A stretch of 64,000 nt of DNA from Leptolyngbyaceae cyanobacterium. Its GTDB lineage: Bacteria; Cyanobacteriota; Cyanobacteriia; Phormidesmidales; Phormidesmidaceae. How positions within the stretch are numbered: position 1 is the stretch's first letter; the number at the start of each line of letters is the position of its first letter. Below the pieces are notes generated by a model that was not told the origin of the DNA, searched no databases, and was given only the letters and a program-made list of their open reading frames with translations. Positions 51,389 through 61,643 of this stretch are shown piece by piece. The stretch is taken from contig CBDHHL010000048.1 of assembly GCA_965263355.1 (NCBI GenBank), forward strand, positions 230,017 to 294,016, read 5' to 3'. Both the position numbers and the translations under genes were made by a program.

Positions 51389-53205
51389 AGTCTGGCAGCA
51401 GATAACTTAACATTTGGCGGCACTCGATTGGGATCATCCCACAAGATTGCTAAATGATGACCCAACTTTGGCGATTGAGCATATTCTGTCTCGGATTCTA
51501 AAGGAGGTGTATTACGCCGTATTTCTAACACTTTCTCAGGCACATCTTTTAGCGGATGAGAAAGTACCTGATTAAGCAGCTTTGGACTCCAGTCCTCTTC
51601 AGACTGGTTATTCCTCACCCAAACAGCTACAGGAATACCTTGCTTCGCCAGTAGTTGAGGATCGCTCTGGGAATTTAATGAACTTAACTTTTGAAACCCC
51701 ACAATCCCAGCATCTTTAAGGTTATCACTATCGGCAAACACCTTATGGGCGGACACCGTCGCTTTAGCGGACTTTAATTTCCATGTCTTTTTCCATCGAG
51801 CATTGGCCTTGAAACCACCCAGGTTAGAACGCTTTTGCAATGCCAAAATCACCCGCTGACAATCGTCACTGCCAATGCCTAATGGTTCATCTTCTAGCAT
51901 TAATCGCTCCCAAGGTTCATTGAGTAGTGAAGTTGGCAACACAAAGTACACAGTTAATTCACCCGGATCACACTCATCGTCTAACCCTCCACATAGTTGC
52001 ATTAGATAGCTTTCCAGCAAAATCGGTAAGTCACCATAAGCAACCTGATGCTCTGAAAGATGACCATAATTGTCATCTTCCGGAGAAAACAGGAGCCGAC
52101 GACTACCCTGCAAGGTCTGAGTGCTATATTTTTCAGGATCTAAAACAGCCCATGCTTCAACCGATAGGCTTTCTCGACTCGCATCCTCTTGAATATTGAC
52201 CAACAGCATCGGATCACGGGGTTCAACCTGTTGCTCTTGCCGCTTTGCTTTTTGTGCCTGCATCGCCGCTTTGGCAGATTCCAAGTCCTTCGCATATCGA
52301 CTGCCCCATTGATACAACCGCTCTCTTGGCTCTGCTAGTTGCTCTATCTGTTGGGCCTCTAGCTCTAGCACCAGGGCCGCTACAAATTGGACTAACTTAT
52401 CTTCTTCCTGATCAGCACCCGCCGTTGCATTCGCTAGCTCATCGATAATCTTGTGGGTTTCTCGCTGAACCGGAGTCACAGCATTTTGAGACCGACACAG
52501 ACCATAAGCCCGCTGAATAAAATTTAGAATATTTACCTCAGCAGCATCCAAGATATCCGTAAGAGTCTTACGCCGCAAGTAGTTCAGAGGCTCACGGAGT
52601 ACATCCTTAGGCATCATGTAAGCCAAGGTTACAGACTGCTGCTTATCCTTTTCAGCTGCAACTGTCATCCCCACGACAGCATTTAACTGTTCATCCCAGA
52701 TAGGTGAACCACTAAAACCCTGTTCCAGTGAACGATCTTGGCCCATTTTTGCATCTAACTGAACCCATCGTTTCCCAGTTTCACCCCGCAAGGTAGCCGT
52801 TGCCCAAACTCCGTCAGTATGACCTTTAGGAAAACCAAACACTCTTAGGGGATGTCCCCAAGCATCTGACGATGAAACTATTCCAACAGGCTCAGCATTA
52901 GCAGGTGCCGATGCCAATAACTTGAGCACAGCCATATCTTCTGAAAAGGCTGTCTTTGAAACTGGCAACCAGAAAACAACGGATGCCTCTACTTTTTGTC
53001 CTGGTGCTAGCAACGGCAAATCAAGCTGTACCGACTGATCAGGTATGGCCTCTGTATTCTCAGACAACGACAAAGCTGCCGCCACCACATGGGCACAAGT
53101 GAGCACATAACTCTCAGCTACCAAAAAGCCAGCACCGACGACATTGCCATTAGCGTGATACAACCTAACAACGGAAGACTTTAGCGGTTCTAAACGATCG
53201 GACAT
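51385..53205 (-). CDS. Trypsin-like protease fused to a vWA-MoxR-associated (VMAP-type) C-terminal domain
   Basis: Intact triad TCAHV / EDMAVL / GFSGSP; C-terminal FVLPTSLLNEPWE, GIPVAVWVR and LAILWDDPNRVPP; its stop overlaps the MoxR start (ATGA). Confidence 0.85.
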   Translation of the reverse strand: MSDRLEPLKSSVVRLYHANGNVVGAGFLVAESYVLTCAHVVAAALSLSENTEAIPDQSVQLDLPLLAPGQKVEASVVFWLPVSKTAFSEDMAVLKLLASAPANAEPVGIVSSSDAWGHPLRVFGFPKGHTDGVWATATLRGETGKRWVQLDAKMGQDRSLEQGFSGSPIWDEQLNAVVGMTVAAEKDKQQSVTLAYMMPKDVLREPLNYLRRKTLTDILDAAEVNILNFIQRAYGLCRSQNAVTPVQRETHKIIDELANATAGADQEEDKLVQFVAALVLELEAQQIEQLAEPRERLYQWGSRYAKDLESAKAAMQAQKAKRQEQQVEPRDPMLLVNIQEDASRESLSVEAWAVLDPEKYSTQTLQGSRRLLFSPEDDNYGHLSEHQVAYGDLPILLESYLMQLCGGLDDECDPGELTVYFVLPTSLLNEPWERLMLEDEPLGIGSDDCQRVILALQKRSNLGGFKANARWKKTWKLKSAKATVSAHKVFADSDNLKDAGIVGFQKLSSLNSQSDPQLLAKQGIPVAVWVRNNQSEEDWSPKLLNQVLSHPLKDVPEKVLEIRRNTPPLESETEYAQSPKLGHHLAILWDDPNRVPPNVKLSAARL

Positions 53206-53213
53206 CAGTCAGC

Positions 53214-53549
53214 CTACGACTGCCCTCCCCACTTAAGCGTCACCTCAAAAGTGACCTCACTACCCACGGAGCTAAATACTACACCCGCTTCTGCGCTTAA
53301 CTTCAAGCCAAAGGTAACCTCGACTTCATCAGCAGGCGTCGTTAAACCATCCTTCAACTTTGAAACCACCGTTGACGCAACAGGCTTAATCGCATCCAGG
53401 GCCTCATTTAAGTTTTTCTTGGCCTTATAGACCATTTCGGTCGTTTCGGTCAATGCTACGCGCTCAATAGCATTGGAGTTAGGCTCATCAATCTCAACGA
53501 GAAAAGGGGTCCCGTCTTCTAACGTGAACTGAGCTAAAGCTTTATCCAT
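53214..53549 (-). CDS. Trypsin co-occurring (Trypco1 / CU044_2847-like) protein
   Basis: FTLEDGTPFLVE, DEVEVTFGLKLSAEAGVV and FEVTLKW motifs; GAGGAG RBS; directly upstream of the trypsin gene. Confidence 0.82.
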   Translation of the reverse strand: MDKALAQFTLEDGTPFLVEIDEPNSNAIERVALTETTEMVYKAKKNLNEALDAIKPVASTVVSKLKDGLTTPADEVEVTFGLKLSAEAGVVFSSVGSEVTFEVTLKWGGQS

Positions 53550-53864
53550 GGATCTCCTCAGATGTCTACGTAGTCACACTAAAAGTATCAACAAGTATTA
53601 TCCGAAAAATTCCGGAAAAATTGAGCCTTTTATCAGCTAAAACTTTATCACTCTGCCCCAGGAACTGAAATCAGGCGTAAGCATAGCAGCCAGAGAAATT
53701 CCTAGCTGTAAATCGGGTAAAATAACGCTTCACTAATAGATTTCTAATTTCTTAAAAGCCAAAATTATTTTAACAAATCGCCACAAACCTTATCTATGCA
53801 AACAATAGGCAATGTGCAAACTCACAATCGGCTTAACTCTACAGGCAATCCCCACTGACTATTC

Positions 53865-54203
53865 TCACTCACCAAAGTTTTTGTCAATCTCAAATCCTTT
53901 AGATTGAGCCAAAAACACCTGATTAATTCCCCTCACAGTAGCGATGTCTTTTTCTACTGAGTCAAGGCGTCTCTCTAACTCTTTAAGCAGAATATTAGTG
54001 TGGTTACTCAGTGATTTATAATCTCGCTTGAGATGATTAATATCACGCTCTAACCCATAGCTATGACGAACCCTAGCAACAAAGAAGCCAATCACACCGG
54101 CTGCCGTTGAAAAAACTGTTATCGCTAACGGTAGATTCTCTATCAAAAATTTGTTCATGATGACTAAACGTAAAGGGCGATCCAAGATCGCCCTTTTTTC
54201 CAT
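53865..54203 (-). CDS. Single-TM plus coiled-coil protein (holin-like architecture)
   Basis: TM segment LPLAITVFSTAAGVIGFFVA followed by heptad repeats. Confidence 0.6.
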   Translation of the reverse strand: MEKRAILDRPLRLVIMNKFLIENLPLAITVFSTAAGVIGFFVARVRHSYGLERDINHLKRDYKSLSNHTNILLKELERRLDSVEKDIATVRGINQVFLAQSKGFEIDKNFGE

Positions 54204-54222
54204 GGGAGTTTCAAGGAATCAA

Positions 54223-54597
54223 CTATGCCGCGTGTTCTTCAGATTTGCTGGGGTGGACAAACCCGATTGAACAAATGTTGGCAGTCCCCTTGTTGTCTAT
54301 CTCAGACTTACAGGCTGGATAAACAACCGCCATCGGCGGAATACCCGATACATCATCTGTGAGCTTCCATCCTTCATGGGGTTGACAGCTCTCGACTTTG
54401 CAAGCTTCCGAATAAATGACGTTCCCACTGCTAACCTCTAGAATGCCCCATTTTCTATCTCCAACTGGCCTATCTTGCGAATGAATCAAAACATACTGGT
54501 CATAGGGCAGCTTTTCAAGCCACTGGCTAAAGTCAAGCTTTAATAGGTGACCCGGTTTTGGAATCGTGACCACGCCATTAACAATAGGTCTAATCAT
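54223..54597 (-). CDS. Hypothetical protein
   Basis: GGAGG RBS; part of a co-oriented gene string. Confidence 0.7.
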   Translation of the reverse strand: MIRPIVNGVVTIPKPGHLLKLDFSQWLEKLPYDQYVLIHSQDRPVGDRKWGILEVSSGNVIYSEACKVESCQPHEGWKLTDDVSGIPPMAVVYPACKSEIDNKGTANICSIGFVHPSKSEEHAA

Positions 54598-54611
54598 CGG
54601 CTATGGCCTCC

Positions 54612-55319
54612 TTACAGGGTATCAGGTACGTCTTCACCGTCACCACCACTGTCACCGGCTGGAGGTTCTGCAGGAGGCTGATCGCCAGATTCAGCATTAA
54701 CCTGATCTAAGGATGTTGGCAACACACAGTTAATCTGCAACCGTTGCTGAAAGGCCATATAGCCTGCCTGAACCGCATTATAGATATCGGTAACCGCTTC
54801 ACAGCGAATGGCATCCGCATCAAGGCCCAGGGAGTCCAGATCAATAGTCTCAAGCTGACCTTGCAAGGCAGCAATTTGTTGCCCTTGGGTCGCTTGAGTA
54901 GTCTGAATATTAGTCTGGTTAGTCTGCAAATTGGTGATCAGATCACCATGCTGATTAATTTGTTGTTGCTGGCTGTTATAGCTGCTTTCCAGCGCATCAA
55001 GGCGATCTTTAACCTGTTGCAGGTCATTAACGCCGTCGCCATCCTGGTCTTGCAGCGATTCAATCAGTTGTTGTAACTGTTGAACCTGAGCCGTAAACCC
55101 ATCCTGGTTAACCAGCGTATCTAGAACCGTTTGCATCGCTGCAAATTGTTCTAAGACGAATACGCGATCCGCCACCCGACCATCACAGATGGCCGTCTGT
55201 AAGGCTTCACCCATTTGGTCAAAGAATTGAGCAATATATGCCGGGTTCACACAGTCACCGTCTGGTGTGGTGTATCCTGTAAACCCTTGTGTGCCTTCAC
55301 CGTTCTGAACAGTAACCAT
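54612..55319 (-). CDS. Acidic Gln-rich coiled-coil (fibre-like) protein
   Basis: Long heptad region with a DQDGDGVND Ca-binding-like loop. Confidence 0.7.
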   Translation of the reverse strand: MVTVQNGEGTQGFTGYTTPDGDCVNPAYIAQFFDQMGEALQTAICDGRVADRVFVLEQFAAMQTVLDTLVNQDGFTAQVQQLQQLIESLQDQDGDGVNDLQQVKDRLDALESSYNSQQQQINQHGDLITNLQTNQTNIQTTQATQGQQIAALQGQLETIDLDSLGLDADAIRCEAVTDIYNAVQAGYMAFQQRLQINCVLPTSLDQVNAESGDQPPAEPPAGDSGGDGEDVPDTL

Positions 55320-55331
55320 AGGTCAAATTAG

Positions 55332-55925
55332 CTAAGTTTTCTTAAGAAACAAAAGTGAGCCATAGATCTCAGGCTCTACATTGGTGCGATAACCGAAACC
55401 CCACGATTTTGAGCGGTCTCGGTCACACCGCATCTCAGCCACAAACTGAGTCGGCTCAGTAACCGCCAGTAGTCCGCCCATGGGGATGTGCCAGCTGTAA
55501 TGCTCGGAATAAGTGCTGGCCCCATAAATCGGGGTGAGCGAGCCGCCCAGGGGTCTCAGACGGCATCGCATCCCCGAGTTTTCCATTCCCGTTAGCCAGC
55601 CGTTCACGACATAACGGCCCGATGGCAGTTCAATCCGGCCAGCGCTGGGGAATGGCGTAATGGAACCAAATTCATTTAACGGATCGGCATAATTAAACGG
55701 TCGTTCAATCCAGGTATTGGGTGGGTGAAAACTTCCCCCACTCTGGCCAGATGGCCGACGGATTTGAAAACTCGCCCAACTCACCGCCGCTAACGAATTA
55801 GCCCCATTGATGGACTCATGGGGAAACGCTCGATAGGAGGTGCCCCCACGAGCAACAAAGAATTGATCGCTTGCCTGAAACGGCATAGGTAACAACGGCA
55901 AGTCTGAGAAGTCAGTCCCACTCAT
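55332..55925 (-). CDS. Putative receptor-binding/spike protein (beta-sandwich, C1q/TNF-like)
   Basis: N-terminal FSDLP...DQFFVARGGTSYR resembles fibre attachment motifs; SGGSF...W..R..N, IELPSGRY and GFG....EIYGSL resemble phage fibre-tip domains (recognised from memory). Confidence 0.55.
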   Translation of the reverse strand: MSGTDFSDLPLLPMPFQASDQFFVARGGTSYRAFPHESINGANSLAAVSWASFQIRRPSGQSGGSFHPPNTWIERPFNYADPLNEFGSITPFPSAGRIELPSGRYVVNGWLTGMENSGMRCRLRPLGGSLTPIYGASTYSEHYSWHIPMGGLLAVTEPTQFVAEMRCDRDRSKSWGFGYRTNVEPEIYGSLLFLKKT

Positions 55926-56428
55926 GGAAAAACGATCAAGTCTCCGAAAAATGTAAACTCTTCTGTTGGTAAAGAATCCCCAACTCCAAACAAAATCAAC
56001 CCCGTCTCTTGTTCGTTTGCGTCTGAGAACACGTCTGGTAATTGTTTAGCCCATATCTCGATTTGATAATCCGTTAGCCAGGTATGGGGCCAAAACTCAA
56101 AGTAGTAGCTAAACCCATCACCCGTAAACGAAAAATACTGATTATCTAGATAGACCCGTTCTACTTGCTTGCGTGGTGATGCAATCGGCGTACCACGCAA
56201 GCTTTGAACAAAATATCCCGCCCGCTTCCAGCCACGGTCAGCCCCTATGCGTGAACTAATTTTCACCAGCACACTGGCTGATAAAGACAGCTCAAACGTG
56301 AACAACTTCCCCCTAGCTGCATTGGTGTAGTAAGTCGTTAATCGCTCAAACGTATCTGATAACAACGTTGAGGTAAATACACCGAAGTAAGACGATGGAT
56401 ACAAGACCGGACCATAACGGCCAGACAT
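55922..56428 (-). CDS. Hypothetical beta-rich protein
   Basis: Coupled to both neighbours (ATGA and TAATG overlaps); WKRAGY...YYFEFWPHTW...IEIW. Confidence 0.7.
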   Translation of the reverse strand: MSGRYGPVLYPSSYFGVFTSTLLSDTFERLTTYYTNAARGKLFTFELSLSASVLVKISSRIGADRGWKRAGYFVQSLRGTPIASPRKQVERVYLDNQYFSFTGDGFSYYFEFWPHTWLTDYQIEIWAKQLPDVFSDANEQETGLILFGVGDSLPTEEFTFFGDLIVFP

Positions 56429-56763
56429 TAGTTATAGGAACGATTGAGAACACGGTACACGTATTCCACTTTGCCGAGTCCCGTAACATTTTTACCGACA
56501 ATAGACTTTAAAGCATTATCCACTTTGCCAGCAGCACAATAAACATAGCCTCTAGCCTTGCGCCTCTTGGTATCCCGCTTAGACCCCCGTAGCCCTAGCT
56601 TGATAACCGCTCGTTTTGCAGCTTCCCCAGTCAGAATATTATTTTTACTGGTTGTTGTTTTTGCACCAACAATAGACCCTAGGGTCTTGTAAATATCTGG
56701 CTTAAGTGACAATGCAGCTGCCGAATTGTTGAAATCGAAATAATACGTTTTAAGTTCTGCCAT
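56428..56763 (-). CDS. Small basic protein
   Basis: K/R-rich (RGSKRDTKRRKAR), 111 aa. Confidence 0.7.
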   Translation of the reverse strand: MAELKTYYFDFNNSAAALSLKPDIYKTLGSIVGAKTTTSKNNILTGEAAKRAVIKLGLRGSKRDTKRRKARGYVYCAAGKVDNALKSIVGKNVTGLGKVEYVYRVLNRSYN

Positions 56764-56797
56764 CGTTCATCATCTCAATAAAATTGTTCAAACTGAC

Positions 56798-57031
56798 TTA
56801 AGACAGATACTCATCAGCTGTATACGTGATAGCCCCTGCTGCTCCCGATAGTGTGGTGGGCAGCGTCAGGGCAACGGCCACCGTACTCGCTTCGGTGTCT
56901 GGAGTAATCGTGATGTTATTCAACGGAATTTCATCAGTCGATTGAGTCGCCTCAGCTGCCTGAATCGCTAAGGCAATTTCTAGGGCCTGACCTTCTAGGG
57001 TCGTTGCTGTGGTTGTAATTGCAGCCGCCAT
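56798..57031 (-). CDS. Small Ala/Thr-rich protein (candidate virion subunit)
   Basis: Strong AAGGAG RBS; helix (TLEGQALEIALAIQAAE) followed by beta-strands. Confidence 0.7.
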   Translation of the reverse strand: MAAAITTTATTLEGQALEIALAIQAAEATQSTDEIPLNNITITPDTEASTVAVALTLPTTLSGAAGAITYTADEYLS

Positions 57032-57162
57032 AAGTCTCCTTGATAAGTAATCGTTGATTCAAAAAAATTGGCTGCTTTATCAATGCCCCAAATGGTTATC
57101 AGACTGGGCATTCTGGCAATACGTTTGTCCCTTCCACCCTAGGGTAGAAGGGTATATGAAAC

Positions 57163-57378
57163 ATGTCCAAAAAAATTGCTCGATTGTGGATAGATGAGCA
57201 TCATTCAATCCGTAGCTTGAATGATGCCAGAAAGGCCGGATTAATGTTTATCAACACAAAAGAATATGCTAGACGTGAGCATATTCACGTACGCACGGCA
57301 CGCCATAGAGCTAAGCAAGGCAAGGTCAGAGCCGAGAAATTTAAGGGTGAATGGTTTTTTTTAGTTAAAGGCGTTTGA
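57163..57378 (+). CDS. Excisionase-like HTH DNA-binding protein
   Basis: INTKEYARREHIHVRTARHRAKQGKVRAEK..GEWF pattern. Confidence 0.7.
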   Translation: MSKKIARLWIDEHHSIRSLNDARKAGLMFINTKEYARREHIHVRTARHRAKQGKVRAEKFKGEWFFLVKGV

Positions 57379-58029
57379 TCCACTTGGGAATAGTATCTAG
57401 ATCTTCGTCAAATTTTTTCACCAACTTAGCTTCAACCCTAATCACTTTAAGGTTTCTATTACTGTTCTCTGTATAAACTGGCTGACTACCCGGAATAAGG
57501 TAGCGACTATCAATGAGAGTCTCACAGTAGTTTAAAACCTTGCGCCCCTCAGCTTTGCTGTTAGCATTGAGCACTACGCTAGATCCATCTCGTAGCGTTA
57601 GCGTACAAGTCACATTTCCCTTAGTGAATTGAGGAAAGCGAAAATTATAATTATCTCTAATTCCATCTTTTGGATGAGGAATATACATCTTCCATCGAGA
57701 ATATCGCTTGGTGCCCGATACAGGCCCCCACTGAACAAGTAATTGACTTTGATCCCGTAGCTTGTAAGTCCCCTTTTTAACTCCCATATCATGGGGATTG
57801 ATGGCTCTTCTAGCCCACGACCACGGACCAAAAAATATAAAAACATACGGCATAGCGCCATCGGTGCCGTGTCGTTGTCTTTGATCAAGCAGGCATACCG
57901 TAAAGCACTTTCAGGGGTGCTAATGGTATCGTCTGGGATGCCATCTCTAAAATCGTCACGAACAACCCGGTTATACAGTCGCATTAACACCGACTGCAAA
58001 AATTCCCATTCATTCCCCGGTGCTGGCAT
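57365..58029 (-). CDS. Hypothetical protein split by a single frameshift
   Basis: ORFs 57610-58029 and 57365-57853 join into one ~221-aa protein if one base is added near 57785 (...IPMIWGVKKGTYKLR...). Confidence 0.6.
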
Positions 58030-60839
58030 TTACGCGCCCCCCACAGATGGATCATCTAGGTTGTGGGGAGCTTGAGACGCTGCCTTACTAACCGCCTCTG
58101 CCTCCGTCAACGGCTCAGACCATGGATCATCGACTAATTCACCTTCGGTCTTGATAGCGGCCCTCAGCTCGGCTCTCTGCTCCTGTAGCTCATTTGAAAC
58201 CTCTTGGATGCTGACTAGCTCATCAGCGACCAGGCCAACGGCGCTAACCGCCTCGTCCGCTCGGTCAATGCGATTACTGAGTGCTTCCCAGCGCTTGCCC
58301 GTTTGATACACCCGATCAAACCGCTCAGACATCGCCCCATAGGCATTTTCTAACACCGTGCCAGACCGCCGCAAAGCATTACCGATCCTAGCCACATTCT
58401 GGCCGATGGTTTCTACAATCATTTGACCACTATCAAAAATTGACCACATCGACCAGTAGAGGTTGCTAGCCGCCTGGTAGATTCGATTTGCCCGTGTCAA
58501 CGTTGCCGCTATCTCTTCCCGTTTGGCTTCCCCAATTGCCCGATCAATCGCCGATGTAATTAACTCAGAGATTTTCTCACTAACTCCAATTGGGTTTCCT
58601 TCAGAGTCTTCTAAGTGTAGCCCAAACAATCTCATAACAGAATCAATCGCCCATCCTGCCGTTTCTGCCAGCTCTCGGCTCAGAAAATACGCATTGTGCA
58701 AATTCATCGCAAAGTTTGCCACCGCTAACAGTCGATCAATCTGCAAAAAGTCCCAGGTCTTTTTAGTCAGCGTTTGGATCGTGTTTACAACAGTCGCTGT
58801 AGTTGTCACAATGCCTGCTGTTGCCGTCGTCGTCGTATCAATTTTAGCAAGCAAGCTTAGATCAGGAATATCATTAAGCTTGTCTGATAGCCGTTTTTCT
58901 AATCCACTAAGCGCATTATCAGTATGGGCATTTATTCCCCCATTGCAACCACAACCAGATCCTTTAGTTGTTACTGGGGGATTCGTTTTAACACCTTGTT
59001 TTGGTGGATTTAATGCATTGGTACGATTTGGCAAAGCTGGCATAGCTAATGCCGGTATAAAATTAGAAAAACTTACAGAATCTGTACCTGAGTTCTGTAA
59101 ACGTTGCAGTAATTTGTCATGAATAGAATCGCCTGAATCAGAAGCATTCCCTAATTTTCTTTCGCTTTGTTTACTAGGGTTAGTAGGATCAGGAGTATCA
59201 AAAAAGTCAGGATTAATTCTATTATCTTGAGCTGTGTTATTACTTGGAGGGGGTGATGTTTTGTTGTTATTTAATCCATGCTTATTCGGGCTATTAGAAT
59301 TTTGATTATCCCCACTAGAATTTCCCCCAGATTGTAAACCAGCTTTTCTTGCATTATTTCTATCTTGATTATTTATATTATCTGCTTGGTCTTGAGTTGG
59401 TAAATTGTTGGGTGCATCATTTGGAGATTTATCTAAATCTTTTGCAGGATCATAACCGGTAGGTTCGTCTTTACCATCACCATCTTTATCTGGATTTGGT
59501 GATAAATCTGGCAAATCGCTAGGTGGTGGAAACCTTGCAGGATTACCGTCTTTTTCATTTGGATCTACACTACCGTTGTTATCACCTTCGTTATCTAACT
59601 CAATTACGTCTTCAATCTCTAAACGCATATCAATACGTTCACTGTTACTTGTTCCTGTTCCCGCAATAATATTTCTAATCGCAAAAGGCTCAAAGTGATT
59701 ACTAGCTCCATCGGGGGATGTAACGCCTATATATTTATGATTACCACCACTTGAATATGTAACAGTACCAATAGGGCCTCTTGCAACAATACTATCTGTT
59801 CCTAAATCAATCCAACCTTCATCTGCCCTTGAATGGGGCTCCATATATCTTCTATGTGTACGATATAGAACATAATAATGTTTGCTATCGTCACCGTAAG
59901 TATCATCACCAACAATATCTCCCGGTTGTTTTTTAGCAGAAGATTTAGGAGCAACTGCTTTAGTATCGTTTCCTGGATTTCTACCTAATAAACTATTTAA
60001 GTGGTCCCCAACACTAGGGCCAAAAGGTTTACCAATAGCCCCATAGATTTTATCTCCTAAAAATAAACCACCACCTAATGCAGCTGTACCTAAAGCAGCA
60101 ACTACACCAGCTGGATTTGCTGCAACAGGAGCAAACAAACCACCCCCAGCACCGGCAGCACCAGCACCGGCAGCACCGGCAGCACCTGCTCCTTTAGTTT
60201 TTGCCAATATAACTGTACCCGTAGCTTGAGTTATAGCTTGAGCACCTTGCTGTTTTGCAAATTGACCAGGACTTGTTGTTGTTCTAGGTGCTGATGTTGT
60301 TTTATTGGCTGCAGCATTCCACCGTTGAATTGCTGAACTTCTTTGTCCTGGTGTATAAGCATTATTTACTGTTGCCGTTCCTGAGTTACTAGCTACATTT
60401 CCTCTTGTACTACCAAAATTATTTATATTCTTAGCAGCTTGTGTTGTTCCTCTTGGGCCAGAGGTTGACGTTCTATTTCCAGAGGAAGCCTGTTGTTGTC
60501 GGTGAAAATTAAGACTTCTATTTAATGCATTAGATATCCCACCTTGTTGTGTTTGTGCTGGGGAAGGCGGTTTTAAGTTTAAAGGTTTCCTTATATTTAG
60601 TTGTTGTGGATTCCTAGTTCTTAAAGTTAAGGAACCTGATTCTTTATAAGGTAAAGGATTACTTGTATTTGTGCTAGGAGATCTTTGTAACTGGAACCCC
60701 CTCCTCCTCTAGATTGCACACCATAATTAGGACTGCTTAAATCCCCTGAAGTAATTCCAGAATTACTATTTTTATAGTACTTAGCTGCGTATTCATTCAA
60801 AAGAGTAGTTGCATTACCGGGGGAATAAAGAGTAGGCAT
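58030..60839 (-). CDS. Large (~936 aa) low-complexity/helical protein, candidate adsorption or DNA-pilot protein; one frameshift near 60700
   Basis: The frame of ORF 58030-60207 is open back to 60708, and one extra base in the C5 run 60697-60701 joins it to ATG 60839. Contains a Gly/Ala hydrophobic segment, a Pro/Asp/Asn spacer, GCGC and a helical C-terminus. Confidence 0.7.
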
Positions 60840-60880
60840 AGCGTATAACTAAATAGTAGTAACAAATAAGGAAGCAAGTT

Positions 60881-60979
60881 ATGTATTTCTTATTTGGCGC
60901 GTTATTTTACACGGCACTGTTTTTAGTCTTGCAACTATGGGCACGTCGTTTATGGAATTGGCATAAAAAAGACAAATAA
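60881..60979 (+). CDS. 32-aa hydrophobic peptide
   Basis: Not in the ORF track. TAAGGA RBS, MYFLFGALFYTALFLVLQLWARRLWNWHKKDK*, followed by a hairpin at 60982-61010. Confidence 0.6.
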   Translation: MYFLFGALFYTALFLVLQLWARRLWNWHKKDK

Positions 60980-61022
60980 AAAGTAGGGGGCATTTGTTGC
61001 TTCCCCTACTGAATCTGCTTAT

Positions 61023-61337
61023 TTAAGTTGGTTGTAAATACTCTGGGGGAATAACTCCGGAATAGTAAGGTTTTGTTGCACTCCAAAGATTGTCATAAGA
61101 TCCCGTAGAATAGTCTGGTTGTAACCTTAAGTTTGCTCGAATTGAAGCAAACATTTCTTTATCGTAATTTCTAAAAACTGATTGTTGAACACGCTCTACG
61201 CGTATTCCCTCTGCCTCATTGTAAGTTTCACCGTTGTTCATATATTCCAAAGTGAACATAGCCCAAGCAGTTAAACTTTCTAAGCCGTTTACAAAAGCAC
61301 TATCAGGGATCTGTTCGCGGGTGATGACGATGGTCAT
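61023..61337 (-). CDS. Hypothetical protein (candidate virion subunit)
   Basis: 104 aa; IP...LESLTAWA..L...N...RV.Q...R..L.L..DY....LW...IP; co-oriented with the structural-like block. Confidence 0.7.
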   Translation of the reverse strand: MTIVITREQIPDSAFVNGLESLTAWAMFTLEYMNNGETYNEAEGIRVERVQQSVFRNYDKEMFASIRANLRLQPDYSTGSYDNLWSATKPYYSGVIPPEYLQPT

Positions 61338-61643
61338 ATTTAATCAATGAGCAATACTGCGATCCGCAGCATGCCCAAACCGCCCATATCAATATCGATT
61401 GATTGCAATGCTCGCACCTAATCAAGTCATACTCACCTACAGAGTGAGCGCGCAATGTTATTGAATTTAGGTCATACTATGACTTCATGGGCTTGATGGT
61501 CCGTGAAAAAGAATATCTAAACAAAGCCTCTGTGATTGTGCAGGGGCTTTTTATTGCGTTGATAACTCATCAAGGGGACTTGCTGAATCTGGGGTGAATA
61601 GGCCATAACAGGGGTAGATATTCTTTATTCAGTTCCTGGATCC

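Noticed and set aside
57770..57800. Programmed -1 ribosomal frameshift joining the two overlapping ORFs
   Set aside because: TTAAAAAGGGG does not give an in-frame X XXY YYZ heptamer; a missing base in a G run is simpler given the other indels nearby.
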